DNA of 64,000 nucleotides, from contig CAVYSY010000032.1 in assembly GCA_963771175.1 (NCBI GenBank), positions 64,001-128,000 on the forward strand, given 5' to 3'. Below, in pieces: positions 21,023 through 33,466 of the stretch. A program made the translations under genes and the position numbers. The notes below the pieces were generated by a model, which saw only the letters and a program-made list of their open reading frames with translations, searched no databases and had not been told where the DNA came from. Source of the DNA: an uncultured delta proteobacterium (GTDB lineage: Bacteria; Myxococcota; Myxococcia; Myxococcales; Myxococcaceae). The first letter of the stretch is position 1. Every line of letters begins with the position of its first letter.

Positions 21023-22200
21023 GTGCGAAGGGTGGTTGAATTCGGTCCGCGATGCCGGACTCCCGCCGCCGACTGCTGCTCGCGCTCGCTCGTCAGCCTC
21101 GGCGCACATGCCCTGTTGTGGCTGTGGGTGGAGGTACGGCGCCCTTCCGAGGAGCAGCGGACGGAACCCAAGCCCGCCCAGGCGACGCTCCAGTTCGTCG
21201 AGGTGGAGGTGGCACCCCCGTCCGAGCCACCGAAGCCCCCGCCACCGAGCCCCAAGCCTCCGCCGAAGCCCGCTCGCCGCGAGCCCCCCGCCGTCGCGCA
21301 GGTGCCGAAGCCACCTCCTCCCGCGCGCACCGAGCCCGCGCCCACCCCGGTCGAGCCTCCCGCGGTCACCGAGGCGCCCCCACCGAGCGACATGCCCCGA
21401 GCGGACACGCCTCGCGCCGAGGGCCCCCGCCTGGGCGCTTCGCGACTCCTGCCCTCGCCGTCGCTCTCGTGGAGCCCCGAGGGAGGCGTCGCCGTGCCGG
21501 ACGCGGGCGTGCCCGTGCCCTCCACTCCCGAGGAGAAGGTGGCCGACATGGTGCTGGAGGGCGTGCGCCGCGGGAAGGTGGATCGCGGGCTGGTGCACCC
21601 CTACTTCTCCGAGCTGGGCAAGTCCCTGCTGAAGAGCTGGGACGCGGAGCGCGCCGTGAGCGCGAAGGGCCTCAAGGGCTTCCTCGACCAGAGCCGGGGC
21701 AACTCGAAGGAGTGGATGCGCGTCTGGCAGGACCGCGCGACGGCCTACTCCAGCACGGGCTCACCGCTCAACACCGACTCGCCCGAGGCCTACGACCGCC
21801 TGCCGCACGGCGGAGACCCGTCCCTCGAAGCGCGCCGCACCCTGCGCCGGCAGATGCGCGAGGACTTCCGGGCCACCCGCCGCGCCATCGTGCGCGTGGT
21901 GCAGGACACGATGGGACGACTGCTCAGCGTGGAGCTCGTCACCCCCAGCAACGACTTCCAAGTGGACCGAGAGGCGATCGTCGACATCCGTGCCGCCGCC
22001 GAGCGCCTCCCCGTCCCGCCACCCGAGGCCCTCCAGGGCCGCACGCGGCTCGTGAGCCTGTGGCAGATCGAGCTCATCATCTCCATCAGCCCGCCCGTCC
22101 CCACCGTCAGCATCGAGTTCGACGCGGAGATGAAGCTCTCGGACATGCGGATGCCGCTCGACCGCCGTCTCTACAAGCGCGTGCGGCTGCTCGAGGTGCG

Positions 22201-22204
<4 letters not shown>
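21023..22204 (+). CDS. Pro-rich TonB/TolA-like membrane protein
   Basis: SLGAHALL TM with His, Pro-rich linker, C-terminal domain with PS..DREAI..A..LPVPP; start uncertain. Confidence 0.6.
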
Positions 22205-22872
<668 letters not shown>

Positions 22873-22908
22873 GTCGCTTCTTCTTGGACCTCGCTCGTCC
22901 GGGGTCCT

Positions 22909-23901
22909 TCAGACGAATTCGTGCGCCGGGAAGAGGAGGACGTCTCGAGATGGAGTGCACTCCCAGCAACAACATCAAGATACGGTCGAGCCCCACGGCG
23001 ATGCCCGCCGAGGGCGGCATTCGACCTACCGCGTCAAGGAACGCGCTCGTCCAGCGGATAGACGGCCCTCGCCCGCCTTGCGCGCGGAACTGCCTGCTCC
23101 TCGAGCAGCCGGGCACGCTGCTCCACCGCGTCGGTCAGCTCGCAGAAGCCGTTGGCCAGCTCCAGCCCTCCGGCGTACAGCTCCACGCGCTCGGCCACCG
23201 TGGGGTCCTCCGGCTTGAGGCGCGCCAGCGAGGCCATGGAGGCCGGGTACTCGGTCAGATAAGTGGGCCGCTCCCGACCCAGCGTCCCCTCCACCCTCTG
23301 TAGGAAGAGGTGGAAGAAGACGTCGTCGAAGCTCGTGGCGTCCCCGGTGCGCACCCCGAGCCGCCTCCGCCGCCCGCTTCAGCGAGGCCCCGTCCGGGCA
23401 GGCCCGCAGGTCCACCCCCGTCGCCCGCAGCACCGCGTCCCGCACCGAGAGCCGCTCGTAGGGCGTGCGAGCGAAGAAGCCATCGCCGCCCACCGCTCGG
23501 TCCGCCTCGGCCAGCGCCCCCTCCAGGTCCGCCATGATGGCGTGGTAGTCCGCTCGGGGCCGGTAGAACTCCAGCATCGTGAACTCGGGATTGTGGGTTT
23601 GCGAGACCTCCCCGTTCCGGAACACCTTGCAGATCTGGAAGAGGGGCCCCGCCCCGTCGGCGAGCAGCCGCTTCATCGCGTACTCGGGGCTGGTGTGCAG
23701 GTAGAGGGTGCGGCGCTGCCCCACGTCCGTCTCGGGGACGAAGGGGGCCTCGAAGGCGGTGATGTGCGGCTCCATCCCGGGGGCCGGGACGAGCAGCGGG
23801 GTGTCCACCTCGAGGTAGCCAAGCTGAGTGAAGAATCGACGGAGGGCTCCGTAGAGCGCCTGCCGCCCGGCGGCCGAGCGCCACTGGACTTGATTGGGCA
23901 T
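22909..23901 (-). CDS. epmA: EF-P lysine aminoacylase EpmA/GenX (frameshifted)
   Basis: LHTSPEYAMKRLLA, FRNGE..HNPEFTMLEFY, ELANGF, AGIAVGLDR. Confidence 0.85.
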
Positions 23902-23931
23902 GGGCGCCGCGGAAGTTACATTGCGCGTCTC

Positions 23932-25766
23932 ATGCGCCCAAGGCTTCCCGCACTCGTCCTCTCCTTCAGCCTCAGCGCCCTCGGCGGGTGCGTCACGACT
24001 GGCTCCAACCCCCCACCTCCTCCGCTCACCGAGGAGCAGAAGCTCGCCACCGAGGTGGCCCGGCTCTCCTCCGAGGCCGAGGCCCTGCTCAAGGCTCAGG
24101 ATGAGCTGGTGTGGACGTACTGGGCCGAGGGTGCCCGCGCCGACGTGGCCTCCACGTACGTCGGCAAGGAGGCGCTGTTCAGCCTCGACAACATCCGGAA
24201 GATCGACCAGTTGCGCCGGCACACCACGGACCCGCGCGAGCTGCGCGCCCTCACCGCGCTCCAGTCGCACTTCGCCGGCGAGTACCTGTCGCAGCAGCTC
24301 GCCGAGGTGAACGACGCCATCGCCAACCTGGAGGCCTCGCTCTCCTTCCCCATGGATGGCCGCGAGGTGCACTGGCTCGACCTGGAGCGGCTGCTGGCCA
24401 ACGAGAAGAGCGCGGTGAAGCGCAGGGCCCTCTACACCGCGGCCACGCCCGCGCTGGAGCGGCTCAACCAGCTCATCCGCCGCCGCGAGGAGCGGACCGA
24501 GGCCCTGGTGCGCGAGCTGGGCTACCCCTCCTACGAGGCCTTCGGCGCCGAGCTGCGGCAGGCGGACTTCGCCCGGCTGGGCCTGCTGGCCGAGGAGGTG
24601 CTCCAGGCCACCGAGGCGCCCTACAAGGAAGTGATGGAGCGGCTCGCCCAGCGCGAGCTGGGGCTGCCCTTCGCGAGCCTCACCCGGGCGGACCTGCCCC
24701 GGCTGTTCCGCCCGCGTGACGTGGACGGCTTCTTCCCCAAGAGCGAGCTGCTGCTGCGCGCGCACGGCACGCTGTCGGGGATGGGCATCGACCTCGGCGG
24801 GATGAAGAACGTGCGCATCGACGCGCGCGACGACGTGCCGCGGAAGAACCCGCGCCCGCTGACGCTGGGCATCGGAGTGCCCGGGAGACGTGCGGATGTC
24901 GATGCGCCCCGTCGAGGGCGCGCTGGAAGCAGTCGCGGCTGATGCACGAGTTCGGCCACGCGCTGCACTACGCCTTCACGAAGGAGTCGCGCTTCGAGCT
25001 GGCCAAGCTGGGCAACGCCACCGTCACCGAGGCCTACGCCGCCCTCTTCGAGGACCTGATGGAGGACCCGGTGTGGCTGGAGGAGCATGCCGGGCTGTCG
25101 GACAAGCGAGCGCACCGAGTACCTGGCGGCGGCGAGCGCCCACAAGCTGTTCCTCATCCGCCGCGCCGCGGGCCGGCTGCTGTACCAGCTCGCGGTGCAC
25201 CGCCAGGAGGGCGCCGACACCCGCGAGCTGTACAAGGCCCTCATCACCCTCACGGACGCGATGCCGGCCACGGACGACGACGTGGCGCGCTACCTCGTGG
25301 ACCAGGAGGACTTCTACCAGTCCGCGGACAGCTTCCGCGCGTGGTTCCTCGCGGGCCAGCTCCAGGGACAGTTGAAGGCGCGCTTCGGCCCGTCCTGGTG
25401 GCACAGCCCCGAGGCCGGCACCTTCCTCCAGGGACTGTGGACCCACGGCAACGCACTCTCCGCGCGCGAGGTGGCCCAGGCCATGGGAGAGAGCGCCATC
25501 ACCCCGGACGTGCTGCTGCTGCGGCTCGGCACCACCCTGCAGGTCCCCGTCAAGTTGGATGCCCGAGACGAGCAGCAGCTCGAGCCCCACGCTCCGGCCT
25601 CCCCGAGCCCGCCCAGCCGCGCCGCGGCGGTACAGCCTTCCGCTCGAAGACGGCCGCGACGGTGAAGCGGCAGGCCCGCGCGTCGAAGGCCAAGAACGCA
25701 AGACCCAGAAAGCACGAAGGCTCCCGCCCGGAACACGGACGGAAGCCTCGGGGCAAGAGCCACTGA
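23932..25766 (+). CDS. Putative M3-like zinc peptidase lipoprotein (frameshifted; end uncertain)
   Basis: ALGGC lipobox; HEFGHALH plus downstream TEAYA glutamate. Confidence 0.7.
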
Positions 25767-25777
25767 TTCGGCCACCT

Positions 25778-25811
25778 CACCCCGTCCCTCCCAGGTGGAG
25801 AGGGACGGGTG
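25778..25811. terminator. Hairpin between convergent genes (REP-like or bidirectional terminator)
   Basis: cacc(c)cgtccctc...gagggacgggtg inverted repeat. Confidence 0.5.
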
Positions 25812-25824
25812 GGGAACCCAGGGG

Positions 25825-26888
25825 CTACAGCAGCTTCATCAGCTCGGCGCGCTTGGCGTTGTACTCCTCGTCGCGAGAGCACGCCCGCGTCCTTCAGCTC
25901 CTTCAGCTCCTTCAGCCGCTGCGCCGGGCTGCGCGTGTCGGCCGCCGGGCGCCGCCGCGGGGCGGAGGCTGCTGCTGGCCTGGCTGCTGCTGCTGCTGTT
26001 CTGCTGCTGCTGGTTCGTGAACATCTGGGCCATGCCGAAGCCCATGCCCATGCCCATGCCCTGCAGCGCGCCGTCCGGCGCCGCCGCCGCCCTTGGCCAT
26101 GCCCTCGGCCGCGCCCAGCATCGCCTGGCCCTGCGCGTACTGCTGGAAGCCGCCCGCCAGCCGCGAGTAGGCCACGTCCTTGGACAGCTTCTTCAGCGTC
26201 GCCTCGTCCTCCTCCTTGATGCTGACGTGGAAGTTGCCCATGCGCACCACGGTCATGCCGTAGGCGTCCACGTGCGGCTTGAGGCCGGCGATGACCTCGG
26301 TCTCGATCTCCTCGGTGTACGCGCCGCTCGTCACGTCCAGCAGCGGCCACTTCTTCTTCACCAGCAGCTCGGCGATGCGGTCGCGCGTCACCTTGAGCAC
26401 CTGGTTCTTGAACCAGCCCAGGAACTCCTCGTTGCTCGTGCGGCCCATGCCCACCAGGCCCACCACCAGCTTCTCGGGGTCCGTCACGCGGATGGAGAAG
26501 TCGCCGTACACCATGGTCCCGATGCCCAGGCCCGTCTCCGGGTCGCGCACGTCGCCGATGGGCCCGCCGAACTTCACGCCCGCGAACTCGCGCGATGGAG
26601 ACGAAGAAGACCTCGGCGATGAAGAGGTTGCCGCCGGTGAACTTCTCGAGCAGCCGCGACGAGGAACGGGATGTTGCTGGTGTCCAGCGTGTGGCGCCCG
26701 GCCCCAGCTTGCCCTCCGACCTTGCCGTCCTTCACGAAGAGCGCGACCTCGTCCGCGTCGACGGTGAGCTGGGTCATCATCCGGATGTTGTTCTCCGGAT
26801 ACTTGTAGATGATCTCGTCCTTCGCCTCGTCGGCGCGCGCGATGAAGTTGCGCTTCGCCTCGCCCTTGATCGTGTCGAAGATTCCCAT
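25825..26888 (-). CDS. SPFH-domain protein with C-terminal SHOCT-like motif (frameshifted)
   Basis: QLTVDADEVALFVKDG, YGDFSIRVTDP, GMGMGMG, RLKELKELKDAG. Confidence 0.75.
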
Positions 26889-27074
26889 CGTGCTTTCGTT
26901 GCCTCCAGACCGCGTCGACTGCACGGGAGCCCACGCCGCCGCCCCTTCCTAACGCATAGCGTCCGGGCCGATTGCATGCCCGCCGTTCGTACGGCTCCCG
27001 GCCTCTCGCCAGGAACCATGCCAGACTCACCGGATGCCTGGCCAGCCAGACGCGGCAGGCCACCGTCCGCCCGG

Positions 27075-27880
27075 CTACCCCCAGCGGCTGAGCAGGCGCT
27101 CCCGGTCCAGCAGGCGGATGCTCGCGCCACAGCAGCCCGACGTCCAGCAGCAGCACCACCGACGCCCTGCACGCGCGTAGTAGCCCGGCACCGGCCTGCA
27201 GCAAGCCCGCCACCTGGCCGGCCACCAGCCCCACGAGCGGCAGCACGACCAGCGCGGAGAGCTGCTGCGCCGGCGCGCGCCTCGCCCACCCGCGCGGAGA
27301 TCAGCACCGCCACCCCGTTGCCGAAGAAGGCGAAGAGCGGCGCCATCACCAGCACCCCGAAGAGCCACAGCCCATTGGGCAGCAGCAGCCCCTGCACCAG
27401 CGGCCACGCCACCACGTCCACGCCCACGCACAGCAGCACGAAGGCCACCCAGGTGATGGCCACCGCCGGCACCAGCGAGGCCAGGCTCTTGCCCGATCAC
27501 CAGCTCGGCCGCCGTCACCGGCGAGGCCAGCAGCGGCTCCAGGGTGCGCCGCTCCTTCTCCCCCGCCACGCTCTGCGAGGAGATGAGGATGGGGACGAAC
27601 ACCGGCATCACCAGGAACAGCCCGAACCAGTCGGCCAGCGTCGTCGACCAGGAAGCGCGCCGCGCTCGGCGTTCAGCGGCAGGCTCGGGTCGTAGTAGAG
27701 CGCGATCACCCGCAGGTTGGGGTCGTTCGGGTCGCGCACGTAGGTCCAGACGACGCCCATCGGCACCACCACCATCACCACCGGCAGCGCGAGCATGGCG
27801 GCCAGCAGCGCCGGGTTCTTGCGCAGGTCCAGGAAGTCCTTCCAGAACACGGCCAGCGCGCGCCGGGGACGGAACGCCAT
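27075..27880 (-). CDS. ABC transporter permease (frameshifted)
   Basis: VFWKDFLDL, SVAGEKERRTLEPLLASP. Confidence 0.8.
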
Positions 27881-27882
27881 GC

Positions 27883-28810
27883 TCACGCCCTCCTCCTCGC
27901 GAATGAGCTCCAGGTAGACCTCTTCGAGCGGCCGCTGACGCCGGCACCGCGCTGCGCACGCGCGCGCCCGCGCCCACCAGGCACGCCACCACGTCCGGGG
28001 CCTGCTGCCTCGTCCGCCAGCATCACCCGCAGCCGCCCGCCCTCGGCGAGCACGTCGGGCGCGAACGGCAGCGCGGCCAGCGCCTGGACGGAAGCGCCGG
28101 CCTCGCCCTCCACCTTCACCTCCAGCGCGCTGCCCGTCGCGCCGCAGCTCGTTCACCGACGCCAGCGCGCAGCAGCCGCCCCTTCACCACCGCCACCCGC
28201 GTGCACAGCCGCTCCACCTCGGCGAGGTTGTGCGAGCACAGCACGATGGTGCGCCCCTCCGCCGCCAGCTCCGCCACCGCGTCGCGCACGGTGCGCGCCG
28301 ACTCGGGGTCCAGCCCGCGAGGTGGGCTCGTCGAGGAAGATGACCTTCGGGGTCGTGCACCAGCGTGCGCACGATGGCGAGCTTCTGCCGCATGCCCTTG
28401 GAGAAGCCGCCGCAGGGCTCGTCCTCGCGGCCCGCCAGCCCGAAGCGCTCCAGGTACGCGCTGGACGCGCGGCCAGGCGCCGCGCTCGTCCAGCTCGTGC
28501 AGCTTCATGAAGAAGCGCAGGTTCTCGCGCGCGCTGAGCCGCTCGTAGAGGCCGGGCTGCTCGGTGAGCAGCCCCACCACGCGGCGCAGGGCCTCGCCGT
28601 CCGTGCGCACCGACGTGACCCCAGCACACGGGCCTCGCCCTCCGAGGGGCGCAGCAGGCCGCGTGAGCATCCGCACCGTGGTCGTCTTCCCCGCGCCGTT
28701 GGGCCCGAGCAGACCGAACACCTCGCCGGGCGCGACCGTCGAAGGACAGCCCCTCCGACCGCGGTGCGCGCGCCGAAGCGCTTGCGCGAGGCCCTGGACG
28801 CTCGAGATGC
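27883..28810 (-). CDS. ABC transporter ATP-binding protein (frameshifted)
   Basis: GPNGAGKTT Walker A, SKGMRQK, FLDEPT, SHNL. Confidence 0.8.
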
Positions 28811-28813
28811 CGC

Positions 28814-31133
28814 TCAATCGATGGTCACCAGGACGAACTTGTTGTTGATGTCGCGGTCGATGACGGTGACGATCTTGTCGGAGCCCACCGCGCTGCTGGA
28901 GGATGCCCAGGCGGTTGTGCTCCACCAGGGCCCACTCGCGGCCCGGCTGGTCCGCGAAGGGCTTGAGCTCTGGGCGCGCTCCCGGATCTGCTTCACCGTG
29001 TTGCGCGAGTAGAAGGTCTCGCCGCGCCAGTTCATCAGGAAGGCGGTGATGGGCTCGTCCGGCTTGCGCTGGTCGTAGTAGCGCCAGAACAGGTCGCGCT
29101 GCGTCCAGTGGTGGGACAGGTCCACCCAGTGGCTCCAGTTGAACCAGAGCGCGAAGCCGGCCGCGAGCGCCCAGAAGGTGCCGAACAGCATCACCCGCGC
29201 GCGCTGCAGCGCCGCCACCACGACCAGGGCGCCGGCCACCGCGAAGGCGAAGCCCATGGCCATCTTCACGTTCACCGGCTCGGACAGGGACTTGAGGAGC
29301 GAGTCGCTCAGCGCGGGCACCTGGAGGCCGCGCGCGAGCGAGCGCTCCGCCCACCAGGGCCAGCGTCCCGGCCAGCACCCACAGGCCGGTGCGCGACTCC
29401 GCGGCGAGCCTCGTCGCCTGCCACGCGAGCCAGCCGCCCACGAGGCCCAGCGCGAGGCCCATGAGCCACTGCGCGCCCACCGCGCCCCGCAGGGCCATGG
29501 GCACGAGGAAGGCCGCGCCCACGCCCAGGCACAGCAGCGCCACCGCGCGAGCGCCCACCGAGGCCCGAGCCTTCGCCGGGAACACGCCCACGGCGAGGTA
29601 GGCGCCCACGGCGAGCAGCACCAGCGTCAGCAGGTCGCCCATCCACAGCGGGCGCGAGACGAACATGGCGATGGGCTTGGTGACGAGCTCGGTGGGGTAC
29701 GGCCGGTCGTAGTTGTAGACGAAGAGGTCGGTGAAGTTCTTCGGGTTGCTGGCCAGGTCCTTGCCCACGAGGATGAAGAGGACGAGCCCGAAGATGAGGC
29801 TCATCGCGTGGGCGGAGATGCCCTCCTCCCACAGCCGGTCGACGAAGAGGGCGATGAGGATCGGCGAGGCCCGGCAGCACCGGGAAGACGTAGTGGTGGA
29901 ACTTGGTGGCCGAGGAGGCCAGCAGGAAGAAGGAGAAGGCCACCCACAGCGCGGCGATGAGCGCCAGGTGGTCCGCCTTGTCCCGCGAGCGCGGCTCGCA
30001 GCCGCGACACCACCGCGAAGGCGCCGGGCAGCAGCGCCACCCAGGGGAAGATGGCGAAGCCGCCCTGCTCGATGAAGTAGGTGAAGGTGCCGCCCGGGGT
30101 GGTGGTGTGCACGCCCGCGCTCAGGCGGTTGAGGTGGTCGTGGATGAAGAAGCGGTACCAGAAGAGCTTGCTCTCGTCGTCCACGCCGTCGAAGAGGGAC
30201 AGGGTGAGGTACCAGGGCACGGCCACCGCGCAGAACACGAGGATGCCGGTGCCCAGCTTCATCGTGAACATCTGCCCCCACAGCACCGGCATGGGCTGCT
30301 TGCCCTCGCGCACCTCGGCGCGGAAGGCCGGCTCCAGCAGCCAGCGCAGGTGCGCGTTGAGGCTCGCCGCGTCCTAGGGGATGACGGCGAAGAGGGCGTA
30401 GAGGACGAGGATGACGGCCGGCAGGCCCACGCCGAGCAGGCCCTTGGCCAGGGTGGACAGGCCCGCGAAGACGTAGAAGGCGTACCACCAGCCGGCGCGG
30501 TGCTTCGTGGTGTCGTCGAGCTGGCCGATCATCGCGCACGCCATGGCGCACACCAGCGTGGTGACGAAGGGCGTGTCCGTCACCGTCTGCCGGGTGAGCA
30601 GGAAGTAGAGCGGCATGGTGGCCAGCACGAAGCCGGTGGCCAGGCCCGCGCGCCGGTTCACCACGCGCGCCACCGCCAGCGACAGCAGCGACACCGCGGC
30701 GATGCTCAGCAGGGCGAAGGGCAGCCGCATGCCCCACTCGGTGTAGAGCGCCCAGCGCGCCCTCGGTGCGCAGCGTGCCCACCACCTGCATGCCCAGCGC
30801 CTGCATCCACATGGTGAGCGGCGGCTTGGAGAAGAACCACGCGTTCTCCCAGAAGGGGAACACGTAGTCGCGGCGCTGGATCATCTCGCGCGCCACCTCG
30901 CCGTAGTGCGTCTCCCAGGGGTCCCACAGGCCCACCGCGCCCAGGTAGGGGATGAAGAGCAGCGCCGCGAAGGCCGCCGTCGCCAACGCCACGCGCATCG
31001 TCGGGTCCAGCGCCATCCAGCGCCGCGCCCACGACTCCTGATGGATGCCCTTGCCGAGGATGGCCTCGGTGAAGGTCTGCGGCTCCTGCTGCTGCTCTGG
31101 TCCGTCGCTCGCCACGGGGAAACTCGCCTCCAT
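28814..31133 (-). CDS. ArnT/PMT-like (GT39/83) membrane glycosyltransferase (several indels, one TAG at 30374)
   Basis: LWDPWETHYGEVAREM, FSKPPL, MRLPFA, LAKG, TKFHHY. Confidence 0.8.
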
Positions 31134-31362
31134 CCGCACTGGCCCGCGCTCTCCGCACGGGTCGCGGCCTTATATCCCTGCCTCCCGCTCCGGTCGACCT
31201 CCGCCAGAGCAGGCTCCGTGCAGTCTGCCGCGCATCGTGCCGGGGACTGCACAGCTTCTTGCACATCCATCCCTCGCCGGGCTGGTATCCAGGCGAGGGC
31301 ATGGGTCTTGAATCGCACGCGCCCGCCCCCCCGCATGCCGCGGGACCCCCCGGAGACCCGAC

Positions 31363-32571
31363 ATGATGACGGCCGCGCTCCTCGCCCTCCTGCTCTCCCA
31401 GGTTGGAGGCCCCGAGGCCCCTGTGACGCTCGCCCCTCCGGAGACCCCCCTGCCCGTCCTGCGCTGGGACGGGTACAGCCAGTGCGCCTCGCTCGGGCCC
31501 TCGCCCCAGGTGCCATCGGGCCGCTATCGGGTGCAGTGCGAGGAGCGGAGCCGGCGCTGTCTCGTCGCGCCCGAGCACGAACTGGACGCGGATGGCACGG
31601 AGAGCGACCGGCCCCTCGAGCGCGTGCCCTTCTGCACTGAGAACACCGAGGACATCCGCCAGCGCGCGGCCGAGGGCTACACCTTCGTGCCCGCCCTCGC
31701 CGAGACACCGCCCGGCTGGTACCGCGACGAGCGCGGCCGGGTGATGCAGTTCAACTTCGACCTGCACCGGCGCGTCTGGCTCGGGGGCGCGTGGGCTCCG
31801 CTGTGGCGCCAGGACGAGGAGCGGAGCCTCGAGCGCGGCCGGGTGGACTTCGGCATCGTCACCGAGATTCCCCGAGGCGAGAAGCTGATGCACCGCCTCA
31901 CCCTGCTCGACACCGAGCTGGTCCTCGGAGAGCAGGCGTCGCTCGACTCCACGCTGCTGCGCTACGACACCAACGTCCGACGGGACAAGCCGCCCATCCG
32001 GGTGAGCACCTTCCTCGGCAAGCCGCGCCGGTTCGACGCCCACTTCGACATGGGCTTCTGGTTGGAGGTGCTGCGCCTGGAGCTGCTCCACCGCGGCGGC
32101 ACCGAGTCGGCCTTCCTCACCCTCGGCGGCACGCACCTCACCCTGGACTTGTGGCACTCGAGAGACCTGTCCTCGTACGTGCGCGTGCGCGCCGGGCCCT
32201 CGCTGGAGTACGACCGCACCCACCGTTTCCTCACGCTCGTGCCCGGCGCGGCCTTCGAGGGCGACCTCACGCTCGACGCGGACGGCTTCCACCACCTCAC
32301 CTTCGCCGCCGAGGCGGAGAAGGTCTTCCTCGACCCGGAGGTGGAGGACCGTCCCCGCAACCCCGAGCGGCTGCGCGTGCGCGCCGGCTACGAGCTCATC
32401 CTCCTGGCCATCAACGACCAGCCCGTGAGCCTCGTGCTCGACGGGCGCGGCCAGTGGCGGACCGACCTCGCGGAAGTGCCTCCCGTCTGGGAGTGGTCCG
32501 CCTACACGGGCCTGCGCTTCTCGCTGTGGGCACCGGCCCGCCGCTCCGCGCCCCTGGCGGCCTCGCGCTGA
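31363..32571 (+). CDS. Secreted hypothetical protein, probable beta-rich outer-membrane fold
   Basis: Signal peptide; alternating beta pattern; LLAINDQPV motif. Confidence 0.7.
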   Translation: MMTAALLALLLSQVGGPEAPVTLAPPETPLPVLRWDGYSQCASLGPSPQVPSGRYRVQCEERSRRCLVAPEHELDADGTESDRPLERVPFCTENTEDIRQRAAEGYTFVPALAETPPGWYRDERGRVMQFNFDLHRRVWLGGAWAPLWRQDEERSLERGRVDFGIVTEIPRGEKLMHRLTLLDTELVLGEQASLDSTLLRYDTNVRRDKPPIRVSTFLGKPRRFDAHFDMGFWLEVLRLELLHRGGTESAFLTLGGTHLTLDLWHSRDLSSYVRVRAGPSLEYDRTHRFLTLVPGAAFEGDLTLDADGFHHLTFAAEAEKVFLDPEVEDRPRNPERLRVRAGYELILLAINDQPVSLVLDGRGQWRTDLAEVPPVWEWSAYTGLRFSLWAPARRSAPLAASR

Positions 32572-32626
32572 GGACGGCCCGGGATGCTCGCGCTCACGAC
32601 TCGCCCTGCTGCTCGCCAGTGCCCCC

Positions 32627-33454
32627 GTGGACGGGAACGTGGAGGCGTGTACCGCCTTGGACGAGGCCGGGGAGCCCTTCCCCATCTGCTTCGACCCGGG
32701 CAATGCGCTGCTCCTCGGCGCTGGAGGGCTCGTCCAGGCCGGAGAGGCCGCGCCCGAGCTGCGCGCCGGAATCCTGCTGCGCACCTCGCGCTCCAGCCGC
32801 AGCAAGGGCACGCCGTGGCTCAACACCCACCGCCTGCTCGTCACCGAGGCTCGGACTGGCACCGCGCGGCGAGGCCTCACCGCCACCCTCTATGAGGGCA
32901 ACCTGCGCCGCCACCTGGAGGAGGGCTTCATCCTCGTCCCCACCGCGCGGCCCGTGCGCATCCCCTTCCCCTTCGACCTCACCCTGGCGCTGCGCGTGGG
33001 CCACTACGAGCGGCGCGTCTGGGAGGGGCCGGGCTGGACGCTGGAGACGGGGCGCGCCGCGCTGATGATGGATCCACTGCGCTCGCCCACGGCCCGGGTG
33101 TGGCTCGGCTTGGGGCCCGCGGCGAGCCACACGCTGCGGCACTCGCGCGAGGGCACCGTCCACGAGCTGTCCCCCTTCACCTCGCTCCTGCTCGACGCGG
33201 GCTACGAGACGGAGGACGGAGCGTGGGCGGCGCGAGTCACGGCCCTCGCGGGGTGGACGGTGGACCTCGATGGCGGGGGACGCTTCCGGGCACGCGAGGA
33301 GGCGAGCCTCGAGCGCCTGCTCGTCGCCGTGAACGACCAGCCGGTGTGGCTGCGGCTCTCCGGGTCGCACGTCCACGCGGATGCCGGCGTGGACCGCGTG
33401 GGAGAGTGGACGGTGGGCCTGGGCCTCACCCTGCGCGCCTGGAGCGCACGGTGA
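32627..33454 (+). CDS. Hypothetical protein related to upstream gene (true start probably ~32585, frameshifted)
   Basis: LVAVNDQPV motif shared with 31363..32571. Confidence 0.65.
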   Translation: MDGNVEACTALDEAGEPFPICFDPGNALLLGAGGLVQAGEAAPELRAGILLRTSRSSRSKGTPWLNTHRLLVTEARTGTARRGLTATLYEGNLRRHLEEGFILVPTARPVRIPFPFDLTLALRVGHYERRVWEGPGWTLETGRAALMMDPLRSPTARVWLGLGPAASHTLRHSREGTVHELSPFTSLLLDAGYETEDGAWAARVTALAGWTVDLDGGGRFRAREEASLERLLVAVNDQPVWLRLSGSHVHADAGVDRVGEWTVGLGLTLRAWSAR

Positions 33455-33466
33455 GGGCCGCAGCGG

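Noticed and set aside
25975..26065. ctg and gcccat microsatellites
   Set aside because: Encode Gln-rich and GMGMGM linkers typical of this SPFH family.
30374..30376. In-frame TAG in the ArnT-like gene as recoded stop
   Set aside because: Most simply a TGG/TAG miscall in an error-rich region; no recoding machinery seen.
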